From: an uncultured Candidatus Saccharibacteria bacterium
GTDB taxonomy: Bacteria; Patescibacteriota; Minisyncoccia; Phycocordibacterales; UBA3531
Length of the DNA stretch: 64,000 nt
Direction: 5' to 3'
Assembly: GCA_964361405.1 (NCBI GenBank)
Contig: CAYIAA010000003.1
Span: 4,146 to 68,145, forward strand
In this document: positions 37,478 through 47,168 of the stretch, piece by piece
Numbering within the stretch: the stretch's first letter is position 1
Layout of the letters: the number at the start of each line of letters is the position of its first letter
Program-made: the position numbers and the translations under genes
The notes under the pieces: generated by a model
What the model was told of the DNA's origin: nothing
Seen by the model: the letters and a program-made list of their open reading frames with translations, nothing else
Databases searched by the model: none

Positions 37478-37903
37478 ATGATTGCTATACGCACCCTGTT
37501 AGAAAAGACGACACTGTTCACGGCAAAAATACTGTTGTATATGCTCTTGTTTATTGGTGGCGCAGTTATCTTTATTATGATACTGGCTTCGGTCACTCAA
37601 GGACCGGCGAAAGGTCAGGGGCTTATGGTGCCGTTCGGAGGTGAAATTAGGTCAGTGAGCTACGAATGTTGCTATGGGAGTATAATCACGATTCACGACG
37701 TGAGAACCGATGAGGACATTGAAATGATGCTTTATCCAGGCCTTACACAAGTGTTTCGTGAGTATCAACTGTGGAGTGAGGGGCCCAATACGGTTGGATT
37801 CTATTTTCCATTCGGTATTTGTTTAGACATAAGTGGGCTCTGTTATCAAAGCGTTAGTTATACTGACGGGAGTATATTGGCAGTCGGCACCAGTGAACGC
37901 TAA
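37478..37903 (+). CDS. Hypothetical small membrane-anchored Cys-containing protein
   Basis: N-terminal TM segment; 141 aa. Confidence 0.4.
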   Translation: MIAIRTLLEKTTLFTAKILLYMLLFIGGAVIFIMILASVTQGPAKGQGLMVPFGGEIRSVSYECCYGSIITIHDVRTDEDIEMMLYPGLTQVFREYQLWSEGPNTVGFYFPFGICLDISGLCYQSVSYTDGSILAVGTSER

Positions 37904-37934
37904 TGTATGTGACCTAGAAAGGTTTTAACTAAAA

Positions 37935-37958
37935 GAACCCCCTTGCGGGGGTTCTTTT
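37935..37958. terminator. Rho-independent terminator
   Basis: gaaccccc-ttgc-gggggttc followed by TTTT. Confidence 0.55.
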
Positions 37959-38040
37959 AGTTACAAGGCAACATACTATATCCCGCAAAGCTTTTGTTAT
38001 CCCCACGGAATATGCACTTTTATCGGGTATTAGAGCTACA

Positions 38041-38844
38041 ATGGATGTAATTAGTAAAAGAGAAAAGGCATTGGGGGTTACATTTGTGAAAAAAACCCTA
38101 ATCTTATTGAGTATCACCGCGGTCGCCCTCGTTGGCATATTTTGGTTTATTGGAATATCGAGCCGCATTCCAGGAAAATTCACTTTTAACGCCCAAAAAG
38201 CATCCCAACCGACGAACCCCACGATTACGAGTAGTGGAGAGTTGGCAGAAAAGTGGGAAGAATCTCTTGCCGCAAGCGCTGTCAAGACGAAGACAAATGA
38301 AGTCTCCGCGAAGATAGTCGAATACTTTGTCGAGAGTACAAAAGCATCGGGTGGAACTGATACAGAGAACACGCAAGAATTCGTGGACTCGCTTCTTACG
38401 GAAGCAAGTGAAACAACAGAACCTGTTCGTTACTATACACTCTCCGAGCTCACTATTTCAGACGACGAGAGCCCCGCCGCGCGCCTTCTGTACGACGATG
38501 AGATGTTACAAAGCTACGAAATACATACATATCCCGAGCTCGGAAATGAAGTGGCTCTCTTCCTTGAGACGACACGCGCATCCGCGATACACGCGGACAT
38601 CGTGCGCGTGTACACCGCGCTCACAAAAGCCGAAGCCGCCTACCAGGCTACAGCGGAAACCCTGACGAAGGTTAAGGCTCCGCGTTCGCAGAGTGCTCGC
38701 CATCTCAAGATCGCAAATGCATTTGTGAAACTCTCCGTGAGTGTGCGCGAAATGAAGCGCGGTATTGGCGATCCTATGGGAGGGATTGCTGGTCTTGGTA
38801 TGTATCTCGAGACTGCGCGCAGTCTCCTTGAACTTCAAAAATGA
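38041..38844 (+). CDS. Hypothetical membrane-anchored protein (secretion-like cluster)
   Basis: N-terminal TM segment LILLSITAVALVGIFWFIGI; alpha-helical ectodomain; preferred over the antisense ORF 37929-38372 because it matches the operon orientation. Confidence 0.5.
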   Translation: MDVISKREKALGVTFVKKTLILLSITAVALVGIFWFIGISSRIPGKFTFNAQKASQPTNPTITSSGELAEKWEESLAASAVKTKTNEVSAKIVEYFVESTKASGGTDTENTQEFVDSLLTEASETTEPVRYYTLSELTISDDESPAARLLYDDEMLQSYEIHTYPELGNEVALFLETTRASAIHADIVRVYTALTKAEAAYQATAETLTKVKAPRSQSARHLKIANAFVKLSVSVREMKRGIGDPMGGIAGLGMYLETARSLLELQK

Positions 38845-38845
38845 T

Positions 38846-39784
38846 ATGAAGACCGCTTTGAAGAAAATTGTAGCGTTCACCATAGTTCTTAGCACAGTAG
38901 GGAGCGCGTTCATTCCCGCCTTCGCTCCGCGCGCCGGGGCACAGCTCACTGAACTCATCAGCGACGCGGCAACGTGCTATATCGCCGATTCCATCGGGGA
39001 TATCCTGACTGGGCTTTTTGAAAGCAGTGTCGGATTTAACGACACGTCCGGAGCAGAAGTTCCCGTTGCCGACGATGACCTCCAGAGCGCAGCATACACT
39101 ATGCAAAGCAAGGAATTCGGTCTTGACTGTCTCGTCTGGGCCGCATCAAAGGCGGTTCTGGACTCTGTCACGGAATCTGTGCTCAGCTGGGCACAGAGGG
39201 GAAACTGGAACGGCACGCCTTTCTTCGTTGAAGACCCGAGCCAATACTTCTCATCGCTTGAAGACGACGTCAGTAACCTCTTCATTGACGAACTCGCCGA
39301 TGCGGCAACGAACATTTCACCCGATTTTAAGTCCTCCATAATACAGGCAATACAGCTCGATACGGTACGCATTCCTTACCAAGAGTCGTCTCGGTGCACC
39401 GTATGTAATCCTGATGCCTTCATTAATGATCCGGACGGCCAAGGCGGGTGGGACACCTTCCTTGAAATCACATCAAATCCCCAGAACACGCCCTTCGGAG
39501 CCTATTCTCTCGCCACCGCGGAACTCAATCGTCGACAGGTGGTGGTGGCGAAAGAACAGCAAGATTTTCTCGACTGGGGCGGAGGATTCCTGCCTGAACT
39601 TGATCCCAGAACCGGATCGGTGCTCACACCGGGGTCCACGATACGCGATCAACTGACGAAGGTCATCGGCACGGGTCTCACCCAATTAGAAAACTCCGAC
39701 GAACTCGCGGAAATATTGGCAGCTCTCGCCACATCGCTCATCACTACGGTTTTCGGAGGGGGTGGGCTCTTGAATGCAAATTAG
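38846..39784 (+). CDS. Hypothetical secreted protein (secretion-like cluster)
   Basis: Signal peptide MKTALKKIVAFTIVLSTVGSAFIPAFA; starts 1 nt after the previous stop (the track start 38765 is an upstream extension). Confidence 0.5.
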   Translation: MKTALKKIVAFTIVLSTVGSAFIPAFAPRAGAQLTELISDAATCYIADSIGDILTGLFESSVGFNDTSGAEVPVADDDLQSAAYTMQSKEFGLDCLVWAASKAVLDSVTESVLSWAQRGNWNGTPFFVEDPSQYFSSLEDDVSNLFIDELADAATNISPDFKSSIIQAIQLDTVRIPYQESSRCTVCNPDAFINDPDGQGGWDTFLEITSNPQNTPFGAYSLATAELNRRQVVVAKEQQDFLDWGGGFLPELDPRTGSVLTPGSTIRDQLTKVIGTGLTQLENSDELAEILAALATSLITTVFGGGGLLNAN

Positions 39785-41501
39785 CATGAAGCCGCGAGCG
39801 AGAGTACTCCTTTTTATCTCACTTACTGCACTAATTTTCCTTGCAGTCTTTGCTCCGGCATTGGTTCATGCTCAAGCCCCAGCAGCAGTACTTGAGGCTC
39901 CGGTGCCGATATCTGGTTTTCCTATAGTTGGCCCCCTTCTTGGAGCGATTGCGGGGGGTGCGGGTAGAATTGTGGTGGGGCTCTTCGACACCGCACTCGC
40001 TATTGTTGTCACAACAACTGGTGGAGGTCTCCTTTTTCTTGCTGGTTTTTTCTTCGACTGGATGGCCACTTTCTCTCTCTTGGGAACGATTTACCAGAGC
40101 GGGCAAGGCAGTATTGTCTATGCGGGTTGGACAATATTTCGTGACCTCGCGAATATTCTTTTCATATTTATTCTCATCTATATCGGCATCGCGACCATTC
40201 TTCGCCTCGCCTCCGCGCAAACCTACCAGCTTTTGGCGCGCGTTATCGTAATTGCCATCCTCATCAACTTCAGTTTAGTAATCACGAGGGTGGTGATAGA
40301 TGCTTCAAATATCCTCGCCCTCACCTTTTACGATGCCTTCCCGCCAAGAAACGATTTCACCAATTTTACGAGCGGAGTATTGTCTGGACTCGGCAACACC
40401 AAGAGTTTATCGTGGCCATTTATAAAATCGTCCGGGGTATTTCGATTTTTTGAATCAAGTCTTTTTGATGGCTGGCTTGCACAACGAACTACTGGTTTTG
40501 GTATTGGAAGCGCTGTAGCTGAAACAGCAGTGTATAACATTTCAGAACTTGTTGTTCTTTTGATTGCGTCTTTTGTGCTTTTTGCCGCGGGGATTCTCTT
40601 TGCGATTCGCACCGTCATTCTCATGATGCTGATGATTCTCTCGCCTGCCGCCTTCGCAATGTACATTCTTCCGGGAACCCAGGGGTATGCAAAGGAGTGG
40701 TGGTCTACGCTCTTAAAACAAGCATTCTTCGCGCCGATATTCTTGGCGCTCTACTATGTCACAGCGCGCATCTTCGGCGCGCTCTTCCAAAGTATTAACA
40801 TAACAAACACTGCAACCAATTTCTACGGCTCAATCGGGACTATTATCATCAACTTCAGTATCGTCACTATTTTCCTCGTATCAACTCTCATCATTTCACA
40901 AAAACTCGGCGCCTACGGAGCAAGCACCTTAATAAAGAGAGGTAAGAAGTTGGGTAACCGTGGCATTGGATTTGCCGCCCGGAATACCATTGGGAGAGTG
41001 GCATATGCATTGAGAGAGTCTGATAGATTCCGGGAATTCGCCGGGCGAAATCCGCGACTTGCCTCCCTTGCGCTCCAGCCAATTGCGTATACTGCCAAGG
41101 CTCCCTTCGGAGGCGGGAAGGGTGGCTTTGAGGGGTCGGTAAAAAGTAGTGCAGGACGAGGCGCTGATATTCTCGAACTTCTCGAAACTGATGCAAAAGG
41201 GAGACAATACTCCACAACCTCAGAGACGGGCGGAGGAATATTGAAAGGTTACTATGGAAAAGATGTTACAAAAGGAGGTAAAAATGTCATGGTCTCAAAA
41301 CAAGTCTGGGGAGCCGCCAGTGAAATCAAGAGGCAGCAAAGTCGTTGGAAAAGGATGCTCATTGGCGGCGAGCGTGTAGACAGGGAGACGATGCGGGCAT
41401 ACACAAAGAAGAAAGGAAAGAGCTCGCTCGAGGAGGCGGCGGAAGAAGCCGGGAAAGCGGCCTCTCAATCTCAAACAGGTGGAGATAATACCACTCCCTA
41501 A
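39774..41501 (+). CDS. VirB6/TrbL-like polytopic membrane protein
   Basis: Signal peptide, at least 6 TM segments, hydrophilic Gly/Lys-rich C-terminal tail, which is TrbL/VirB6 architecture. Confidence 0.5.
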   Translation: MQISMKPRARVLLFISLTALIFLAVFAPALVHAQAPAAVLEAPVPISGFPIVGPLLGAIAGGAGRIVVGLFDTALAIVVTTTGGGLLFLAGFFFDWMATFSLLGTIYQSGQGSIVYAGWTIFRDLANILFIFILIYIGIATILRLASAQTYQLLARVIVIAILINFSLVITRVVIDASNILALTFYDAFPPRNDFTNFTSGVLSGLGNTKSLSWPFIKSSGVFRFFESSLFDGWLAQRTTGFGIGSAVAETAVYNISELVVLLIASFVLFAAGILFAIRTVILMMLMILSPAAFAMYILPGTQGYAKEWWSTLLKQAFFAPIFLALYYVTARIFGALFQSINITNTATNFYGSIGTIIINFSIVTIFLVSTLIISQKLGAYGASTLIKRGKKLGNRGIGFAARNTIGRVAYALRESDRFREFAGRNPRLASLALQPIAYTAKAPFGGGKGGFEGSVKSSAGRGADILELLETDAKGRQYSTTSETGGGILKGYYGKDVTKGGKNVMVSKQVWGAASEIKRQQSRWKRMLIGGERVDRETMRAYTKKKGKSSLEEAAEEAGKAASQSQTGGDNTTP

Positions 41502-41510
41502 TCAATATCT

Positions 41511-42275
41511 ATGACAGAAAAAATCGACGATACGACGGTAGAAAAAATAGAAAAAGGTTTCTGGGACCACATTCAATCTTTGAGCCCGGAACTAAGAAAT
41601 TTCATCGCCTCTCCGACAACAATACAGTCCGTGCGGAGGATCGGGAAAGAGTGTGAGCTCTCAGACGCGGATATTGTGGAACTCCTTGATGAGGTCGGTC
41701 TCACCTTAATCGGATTCGGACCTCCTCTAGAATTCAAAATGAGACTCGCAGAACGATTACCGAACCCTGAAAAAGTAGAACTCATTGCAAACCGCATCGA
41801 TGAGGAATTATTTGCGCATGTCCATAACGAACTCGACTCACTCTACAAGGAAACTTCAGACGAAAAACCAAAGCCCAACGAAACAACCCCCGCTCCTGAA
41901 ATATTCAAGGGCGGTGTGGAGCAGTCTTCTCTCACGCCGCCACTCTCTCCACCCCCTCCTGAGGCGCCACTTATTGTGCCTCAACCAGAGAAAGCCCCCA
42001 TTCCAAACGTTCGAAAGTGGCCGGAAGTGCCCTTTCCAGAGGTAGCTTCTCGTCCGCCGATGCCAGAGTGGAAACCAGAAGAACACCTTATCACTCCTCA
42101 TCCATCGCTTCCGGGTGAAAGACCGGACGGAGCGACACAGTTGTTTACAGTAGCGCCACAGCAAAAATCTCCCACGAGTATCTTCGAACAAAAGGTCAGC
42201 GATTTCTATAAAGCGCCGAAGGAAAATGGAGCGAGCGGGGAGATAAAAGACCCGTACCGCGAGCCAACTGTCTAA
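41511..42275 (+). CDS. Hypothetical Pro-rich soluble protein
   Basis: 254 aa; helical N-domain, then a Pro-rich stretch TPAPE...PPPPEAPLIVPQPEKAPIP. Confidence 0.45.
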   Translation: MTEKIDDTTVEKIEKGFWDHIQSLSPELRNFIASPTTIQSVRRIGKECELSDADIVELLDEVGLTLIGFGPPLEFKMRLAERLPNPEKVELIANRIDEELFAHVHNELDSLYKETSDEKPKPNETTPAPEIFKGGVEQSSLTPPLSPPPPEAPLIVPQPEKAPIPNVRKWPEVPFPEVASRPPMPEWKPEEHLITPHPSLPGERPDGATQLFTVAPQQKSPTSIFEQKVSDFYKAPKENGASGEIKDPYREPTV

Positions 42276-42284
42276 CAAAATACC

Positions 42285-42710
42285 ATGCAATTCAACGTCC
42301 CTCAATTTATTGAAGAAGAGGATAAGATTTTCGGCCCGCTCACACTGAAGCAGTTTATCTATGTCGTCGGCAGTATCGGCGCTGGTATTGTTTTCTGGTC
42401 AATTTTTCCGCCAATCATTGCCATTTTCTTCGCCATTCCCGTAAATGGCCTCGCTATTGTGCTCGCTTTCTACCCAGTGAATAATAGACCTTTTTCTTAC
42501 ATTCTCGAATTCGCCGTCAAATACTTTATAGCCGACAAGCTCTACCTTTGGAGAAAAGAAAAAAAGAAAACTTCAACACTTGAAGAGATTGAGGTTATGG
42601 GGCATGTTACCTCTCCTCGCATAAGTATTCCCAAGATAACGGAGGGAAAATTGGAAGATCTTTCGTGGACGATCGATGTCAAGGAACGCGCAGGAGGGAT
42701 CGCTCTCTAG
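42285..42710 (+). CDS. PrgI-family (VirB3-like) small membrane protein
   Basis: MQFNVPQFIEEEDKIFGPLTLKQF followed by two TM segments, matching the PrgI/TcpE architecture; immediately precedes VirB4. Confidence 0.55.
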   Translation: MQFNVPQFIEEEDKIFGPLTLKQFIYVVGSIGAGIVFWSIFPPIIAIFFAIPVNGLAIVLAFYPVNNRPFSYILEFAVKYFIADKLYLWRKEKKKTSTLEEIEVMGHVTSPRISIPKITEGKLEDLSWTIDVKERAGGIAL

Positions 42711-42717
42711 AAAAATT

Positions 42718-43371
42718 ATGTTACTCTCGTCAAAAAAAACAACACAAACCTTCGTCCCAATCAAAGACATCAAAGACGGCGTCGTGCTCTTTAAAAACGG
42801 TTCAATGAGAATGGTCATCATTGCGTCGTCTATTAACTTCGCTTTAAAGTCAGAGGAAGAACAAACAGCAATACTCCTCCAGTTTCAAAACCTCCTCAAC
42901 TCACTCGATTTCAGTCTTCAAATTCTGGTGCAATCAAAAAAGCTCGATATCAATCCTTACCTCGCTATCTTGCGGGAGCGTAGTGAGGCCCAGACGAATG
43001 AACTCCTGAAAATTCAGACGCGCGAGTATATTGATTTCATTAAAAATTTCACTGATTCGGTCAAAATTATGACGAAGAGTTTCTTCGTCGTCATTCCTTA
43101 TTCTTCTCCGGTCTTTGCTGGAAAAGTCGGACTCTTCAATCGCCTAATCGGAAGAGAGGTGCCGGCTGCCGAGCAAGAAATCGCCGATTCACTCTTCCGA
43201 GAAAGTAGGGTCCAGCTCGACCAGCGTGCCTCAATCGTTGAGCAAGGGCTCCGGGCCTGCGGCATCAGATCCGCGAGACTTGGCACGGAAGAGCTTATCG
43301 AGCTTTACTACAAATCTTTTAACCCGAAAGACATCGGGGGTCCGGTTCCCCAAGATGTCACCCGCGCATAA
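42718..43371 (+). CDS. VirB4/TrbE-family ATPase, N-terminal domain fragment
   Basis: FVPIKDIKDGVVLFKNGSMRMVI...SEEEQTAILLQFQNLLNSL is a CagE/TrbE/VirB4 N-region; it ends at a TAA 2 nt before the ATPase-domain ORF, which is in another frame. Confidence 0.6.
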   Translation: MLLSSKKTTQTFVPIKDIKDGVVLFKNGSMRMVIIASSINFALKSEEEQTAILLQFQNLLNSLDFSLQILVQSKKLDINPYLAILRERSEAQTNELLKIQTREYIDFIKNFTDSVKIMTKSFFVVIPYSSPVFAGKVGLFNRLIGREVPAAEQEIADSLFRESRVQLDQRASIVEQGLRACGIRSARLGTEELIELYYKSFNPKDIGGPVPQDVTRA

Positions 43372-43373
43372 CT

Positions 43374-45200
43374 ATGGCTTTACCATTTTTCGGTAAAAAA
43401 AATTCGGGGAGTGAGGAAGATCTCATCACGGGAATATTGCCATCCGAGATGTACGCCAATCCGGCGCTCGAAATTTCGGATATCATCGCTCCGTCGGCAA
43501 TTCGCTTCAGTGCAAGCACGGTCAATATCGGGGGAAAATTTGCGCGCACTCTTTTTGTGGTGTCCTACCCGCGCTTTCTCACCGAAGGATGGCTCTCCCC
43601 AATCATTAACCTCGATAAAGTATTCAACGCTTCTGTCTTTGCGCACCCGGTCGACACCACCCGCGTTCTCCGCCAACTCCAGAAAAAAATCGCGTCGGTT
43701 CAGAGCGAAATATCGACGCGCGAGGAAAAAGGGTTCGTCCGGGACCCGAAACTCGACATCGCAAGGGAGGATATCGAGCGACTCCGCGACCAGCTCCAGC
43801 AGTCACGGGAAAAGCTTTTCAACGTTGGTCTCTATATTACTATCTTCGAAGACTCGGAACGAGAGCTTAATACGAGCGAAGCTGAATTGAAATCGCTTCT
43901 TGAATCAAAGCTTATTTATCTGAAACCGGCTCTTTTTCAGCAGGAAGAAGGGCTTAAGAGTGTCATGCCTTTTTCAACCGACGAACTCCAAGTACACTCG
44001 AAACTCAATTCCTCTCCTCTTTCGAGCTTTTTTCCCTTCACCTCGTTTGACCTGACGTCAAACAAAGGAATTCTCTACGGCGTCAATCGCCACAATTCGA
44101 GTCTCGTTCTCTTCGACCGCTTCTCGCTTGAGAACTACAACTCGATTATTTTTGCAAAATCCGGTTCCGGAAAATCATACATGACCAAGCTTGAAATCCT
44201 GCGTTCTTTGATGTTCGACACCGACATCATCGTCATCGACCCCGAGAATGAGTACGAATATATGTGCGAAGCTGTCGGCGGACGCTACTTTAAAATCTCC
44301 CTCAATTCAGAACACCATATTAATCCTTTCGATTTGCCTATCCCCGGAGAGGATGAGCTCCCGGCGGATATTCTCCGGTCAAATATCATTAACCTCGTCG
44401 GGCTTTTCCGCATCATGCTCGGCGGCTTGACTGCAGAAGAAGACTCCATCATCGACAACGCCATCACCGAAACCTACGCGCTCAAAGATATCACCACTGA
44501 TTCAAATTTCGCCGACATTGAGCCGCCGCTCCTTTCCGACCTTGAAACAGTTCTCGCTGGAATGGATGGTGGTGAGAGTCTCGCACAACGGCTCACAAAA
44601 TATACGCACGGCACGTGGGCTGGTTTCATCAATCGTCCAACGAATGTTGACATCAACAAAAAATTCGTCGTTTTCTCAATCCGCGATATGGAAGACGAGT
44701 TGAAACCTGCGGCAATGTATATCGTTATGCACCATATCTGGAGCGCCATACGGAAAAACTTAAAGAGGCGGCTTCTCGTAATTGACGAGGCGTGGTGGAT
44801 GATGAAATCAGAAAATACGGCATCGTTCATCTTTAGTCTTGCAAAACGCGGAAGGAAATATTACCTCGGGCTTGTCACGATTACGCAGGATGTTGAAGAC
44901 TTTTTGAAATCGCCCTACGGCCTCCCCATCATCACAAATTCATCAATCCAGATACTTTTGAAGCAATCTCCCGCTTCAATAGATGTTGTCCAAAAAACTT
45001 TTAATCTGACAGACGAAGAAAAATATCTCTTGCTTGAATCCGGTGTGGGGGAGGGTATTTTCTTCGCGGGGCTCAAGCACGTCGCCATAAAGGTCATTGC
45101 GTCCTATACCGAGGACCAGCTGATTACCTCCGACCCCTCGCAAATCCTCGCCATTAAAGAGGCGAAGGCGGAATTAAAAACAATCCAACATGGCAAGTGA
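43374..45200 (+). CDS. VirB4/TrbE-family ATPase, ATPase domain
   Basis: Walker A IFAKSGSGKSY; Walker B LLVIDEAWWMM; RTLFVVSYPRF...GWLS motif. Confidence 0.8.
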   Translation: MALPFFGKKNSGSEEDLITGILPSEMYANPALEISDIIAPSAIRFSASTVNIGGKFARTLFVVSYPRFLTEGWLSPIINLDKVFNASVFAHPVDTTRVLRQLQKKIASVQSEISTREEKGFVRDPKLDIAREDIERLRDQLQQSREKLFNVGLYITIFEDSERELNTSEAELKSLLESKLIYLKPALFQQEEGLKSVMPFSTDELQVHSKLNSSPLSSFFPFTSFDLTSNKGILYGVNRHNSSLVLFDRFSLENYNSIIFAKSGSGKSYMTKLEILRSLMFDTDIIVIDPENEYEYMCEAVGGRYFKISLNSEHHINPFDLPIPGEDELPADILRSNIINLVGLFRIMLGGLTAEEDSIIDNAITETYALKDITTDSNFADIEPPLLSDLETVLAGMDGGESLAQRLTKYTHGTWAGFINRPTNVDINKKFVVFSIRDMEDELKPAAMYIVMHHIWSAIRKNLKRRLLVIDEAWWMMKSENTASFIFSLAKRGRKYYLGLVTITQDVEDFLKSPYGLPIITNSSIQILLKQSPASIDVVQKTFNLTDEEKYLLLESGVGEGIFFAGLKHVAIKVIASYTEDQLITSDPSQILAIKEAKAELKTIQHGK

Positions 45201-45645
45201 TGAAATGTTAACGGACGATTCCATATTCGAGGATTCCTTCGAGGAATCGGAAAACGAGGATGGAGCTTTGAGAATGGCTTCTCCGCGGATTGAGAGTACG
45301 AGTGCGATGCTTATGCTTGGAACAGCACTTTTTTATGATGGCGTTGAAACCGTGCTTTCGTTGCTTCTTTATGCAATTCCCGTCGTCGGCATAGTGCTCG
45401 AAGCGGGGATGGGACTCATTTTCTCCGGACTTTTCTCGCTTACATTCTATATCTGGTTTAAAATAAAAGGTGTTCGTTTCATGGCGTGGCGGAGAGTTTT
45501 ACCCATACTTGCGGCTGTGGTCATAGAACTCGTCCCCATTCTCGATATTTTGCCTTCGCGAGTGTTGAGCATATTCATCATTATCTTCCTCACACGTCTC
45601 GAGGATAAAACACACGCACGAATTAATCCAAATTTTTTAACCTAG
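45190..45645 (+). CDS. Hypothetical polytopic small membrane protein
   Basis: Acidic N-terminus, then 3-4 TM segments; overlaps the VirB4 stop by 11 nt. Confidence 0.45.
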   Translation: MASDEMLTDDSIFEDSFEESENEDGALRMASPRIESTSAMLMLGTALFYDGVETVLSLLLYAIPVVGIVLEAGMGLIFSGLFSLTFYIWFKIKGVRFMAWRRVLPILAAVVIELVPILDILPSRVLSIFIIIFLTRLEDKTHARINPNFLT

Positions 45646-45655
45646 CTCAATCCAG

Positions 45656-46681
45656 ATGAAAGTTCGTATCCTTCTCACCATTCTATTCACGCTTCTCATA
45701 CTCGTTTTCCCTGGGAGTGCCGCAGACGCAGTCGAGGGTACGAGCAATCTGTACAGCGCAGAAGACCTTGTCATCACTATCGTCCCGGAAAACCCCGGTC
45801 CAAATGAAAGTGTTACGCTCTCAACCCAAAATTTTCTGACCAATATCTCAAGGGCTCAAATAACGTGGTACGTTGATGGCGTCCTTAGTGTGAGGGGGGT
45901 TGGCAAAACAAGATTCGAATTTACGACTGGACCAGTGGGCTCACGGAAAACGGTGCGTGCGGTAGTAGAAACCGAGGAGGGGCGGGTCCTTTCAAGAACG
46001 CTTGTTTTTGAACCAGGGGATCTTGATATCCTGTGGGAAGCCAATACCTATACGCCCCCCCTCTACCGAGGTAAGGCCCTCCCGTCCTCGGAGAGTGCCG
46101 TAAAAATTATTGCAATCCCTCGTTTTAGAAACCCTCTCGCCGGCCGTCCGGAAAACACACTGTATGAATGGAAACAAGACGGGAGAAAACTTCTCCTTGA
46201 ATCCGGGCTCGGGAAAAACACTATCACCATAACAAGTGCGCGGCTTATGGGCACAACGGAGATTAGCGCTGTCGTGCGAACACTCGATGATACCGGGGTT
46301 GCCGTAGGCAGTCTTAAACTTCTGAGCGTATTCCCCAAGGTCAGACTCTATGAAGAAGCTGCCATTTCCGGAACTAAATATGCTGAAACGCTCCAGGGTG
46401 CGTTTACGCTCCAAAGCGGGGAAGTCGCCCTCAAAGTTGAGCCGTTCTATTTTTCTTTTGAAGATGTAAAAAATGAAAGTATAGAGTATTTGTGGCGCAT
46501 CAATGGAAAGGAGGCATCGTTCGGGAGAGAAAACCAGCGCGTCGTCGTTCTACGTGTGCCTGATCAGGGCCAGGGTGGCACATCACGAATTAACGTTGAA
46601 ACAAAAAATACAAATAATCCTCTCCAGTTTGTGAAAGATTCTTTCACAGTAACTTTCACCAGAACGCCAAGTGCGTTTTAA
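45656..46681 (+). CDS. Hypothetical secreted beta-rich protein
   Basis: Signal peptide MKVRILLTILFTLLILVFPGSAADA. Confidence 0.5.
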   Translation: MKVRILLTILFTLLILVFPGSAADAVEGTSNLYSAEDLVITIVPENPGPNESVTLSTQNFLTNISRAQITWYVDGVLSVRGVGKTRFEFTTGPVGSRKTVRAVVETEEGRVLSRTLVFEPGDLDILWEANTYTPPLYRGKALPSSESAVKIIAIPRFRNPLAGRPENTLYEWKQDGRKLLLESGLGKNTITITSARLMGTTEISAVVRTLDDTGVAVGSLKLLSVFPKVRLYEEAAISGTKYAETLQGAFTLQSGEVALKVEPFYFSFEDVKNESIEYLWRINGKEASFGRENQRVVVLRVPDQGQGGTSRINVETKNTNNPLQFVKDSFTVTFTRTPSAF

Positions 46682-46696
46682 CCACAGCAACTAATA

Positions 46697-47134
46697 ATGA
46701 AACTCGTTAGTCACATCGTTCTTGTCCTTTTGATGCTCATAACTGTCTTCGCCGTAAGTCCAGAAGCGAGAGCACAAACGTATACATTTCTTGAGCCTTT
46801 GCCATCCTCCGGTAACGGGCTCACTGGAGTGGAAGAACGAGCCGGACTTTTTGGGCGTTACGCAAAAAATGCTTTTAACGTGAGCATTGGCGCGGCCGGC
46901 ATCTTGGCAGTACTTATGATGGTGGTAGCGGGGCTACAGTACACACTCTCCTACGCGAGTGAGTCACAAAAAACCGATGCGCGAGACAGGATTAATGCCG
47001 CAATAACAGGGCTCTTGATTGTTATAAGTGCCTACCTTGTGCTCTATACCATTAACCCCGATCTTGTCCGCTTGGGACTAAACGTTCCCTGTGTCACCGA
47101 CCCCTTGGTCTCACCCCCTGACTGTCCATCCTGA
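46697..47134 (+). CDS. Candidate VirB2/TrbC-like pilin
   Basis: Signal peptide, then two hydrophobic helices (IGAAGILAVLMMVVAGL; AITGLLIVISAYLVLYTI) in about 120 aa. Confidence 0.4.
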   Translation: MKLVSHIVLVLLMLITVFAVSPEARAQTYTFLEPLPSSGNGLTGVEERAGLFGRYAKNAFNVSIGAAGILAVLMMVVAGLQYTLSYASESQKTDARDRINAAITGLLIVISAYLVLYTINPDLVRLGLNVPCVTDPLVSPPDCPS

Positions 47135-47168
47135 TTCCTAACATGAATAACAAAAGAGCGTCTATCGT

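Noticed and set aside
37929-38372. 147-aa minus-strand ORF overlapping the 38041-38844 plus-strand gene
   Set aside because: It breaks an otherwise uniform 12-kb plus-strand operon. The plus ORF is longer, starts with a TM anchor like its neighbours and is preceded by a terminator. This is not fully excluded.
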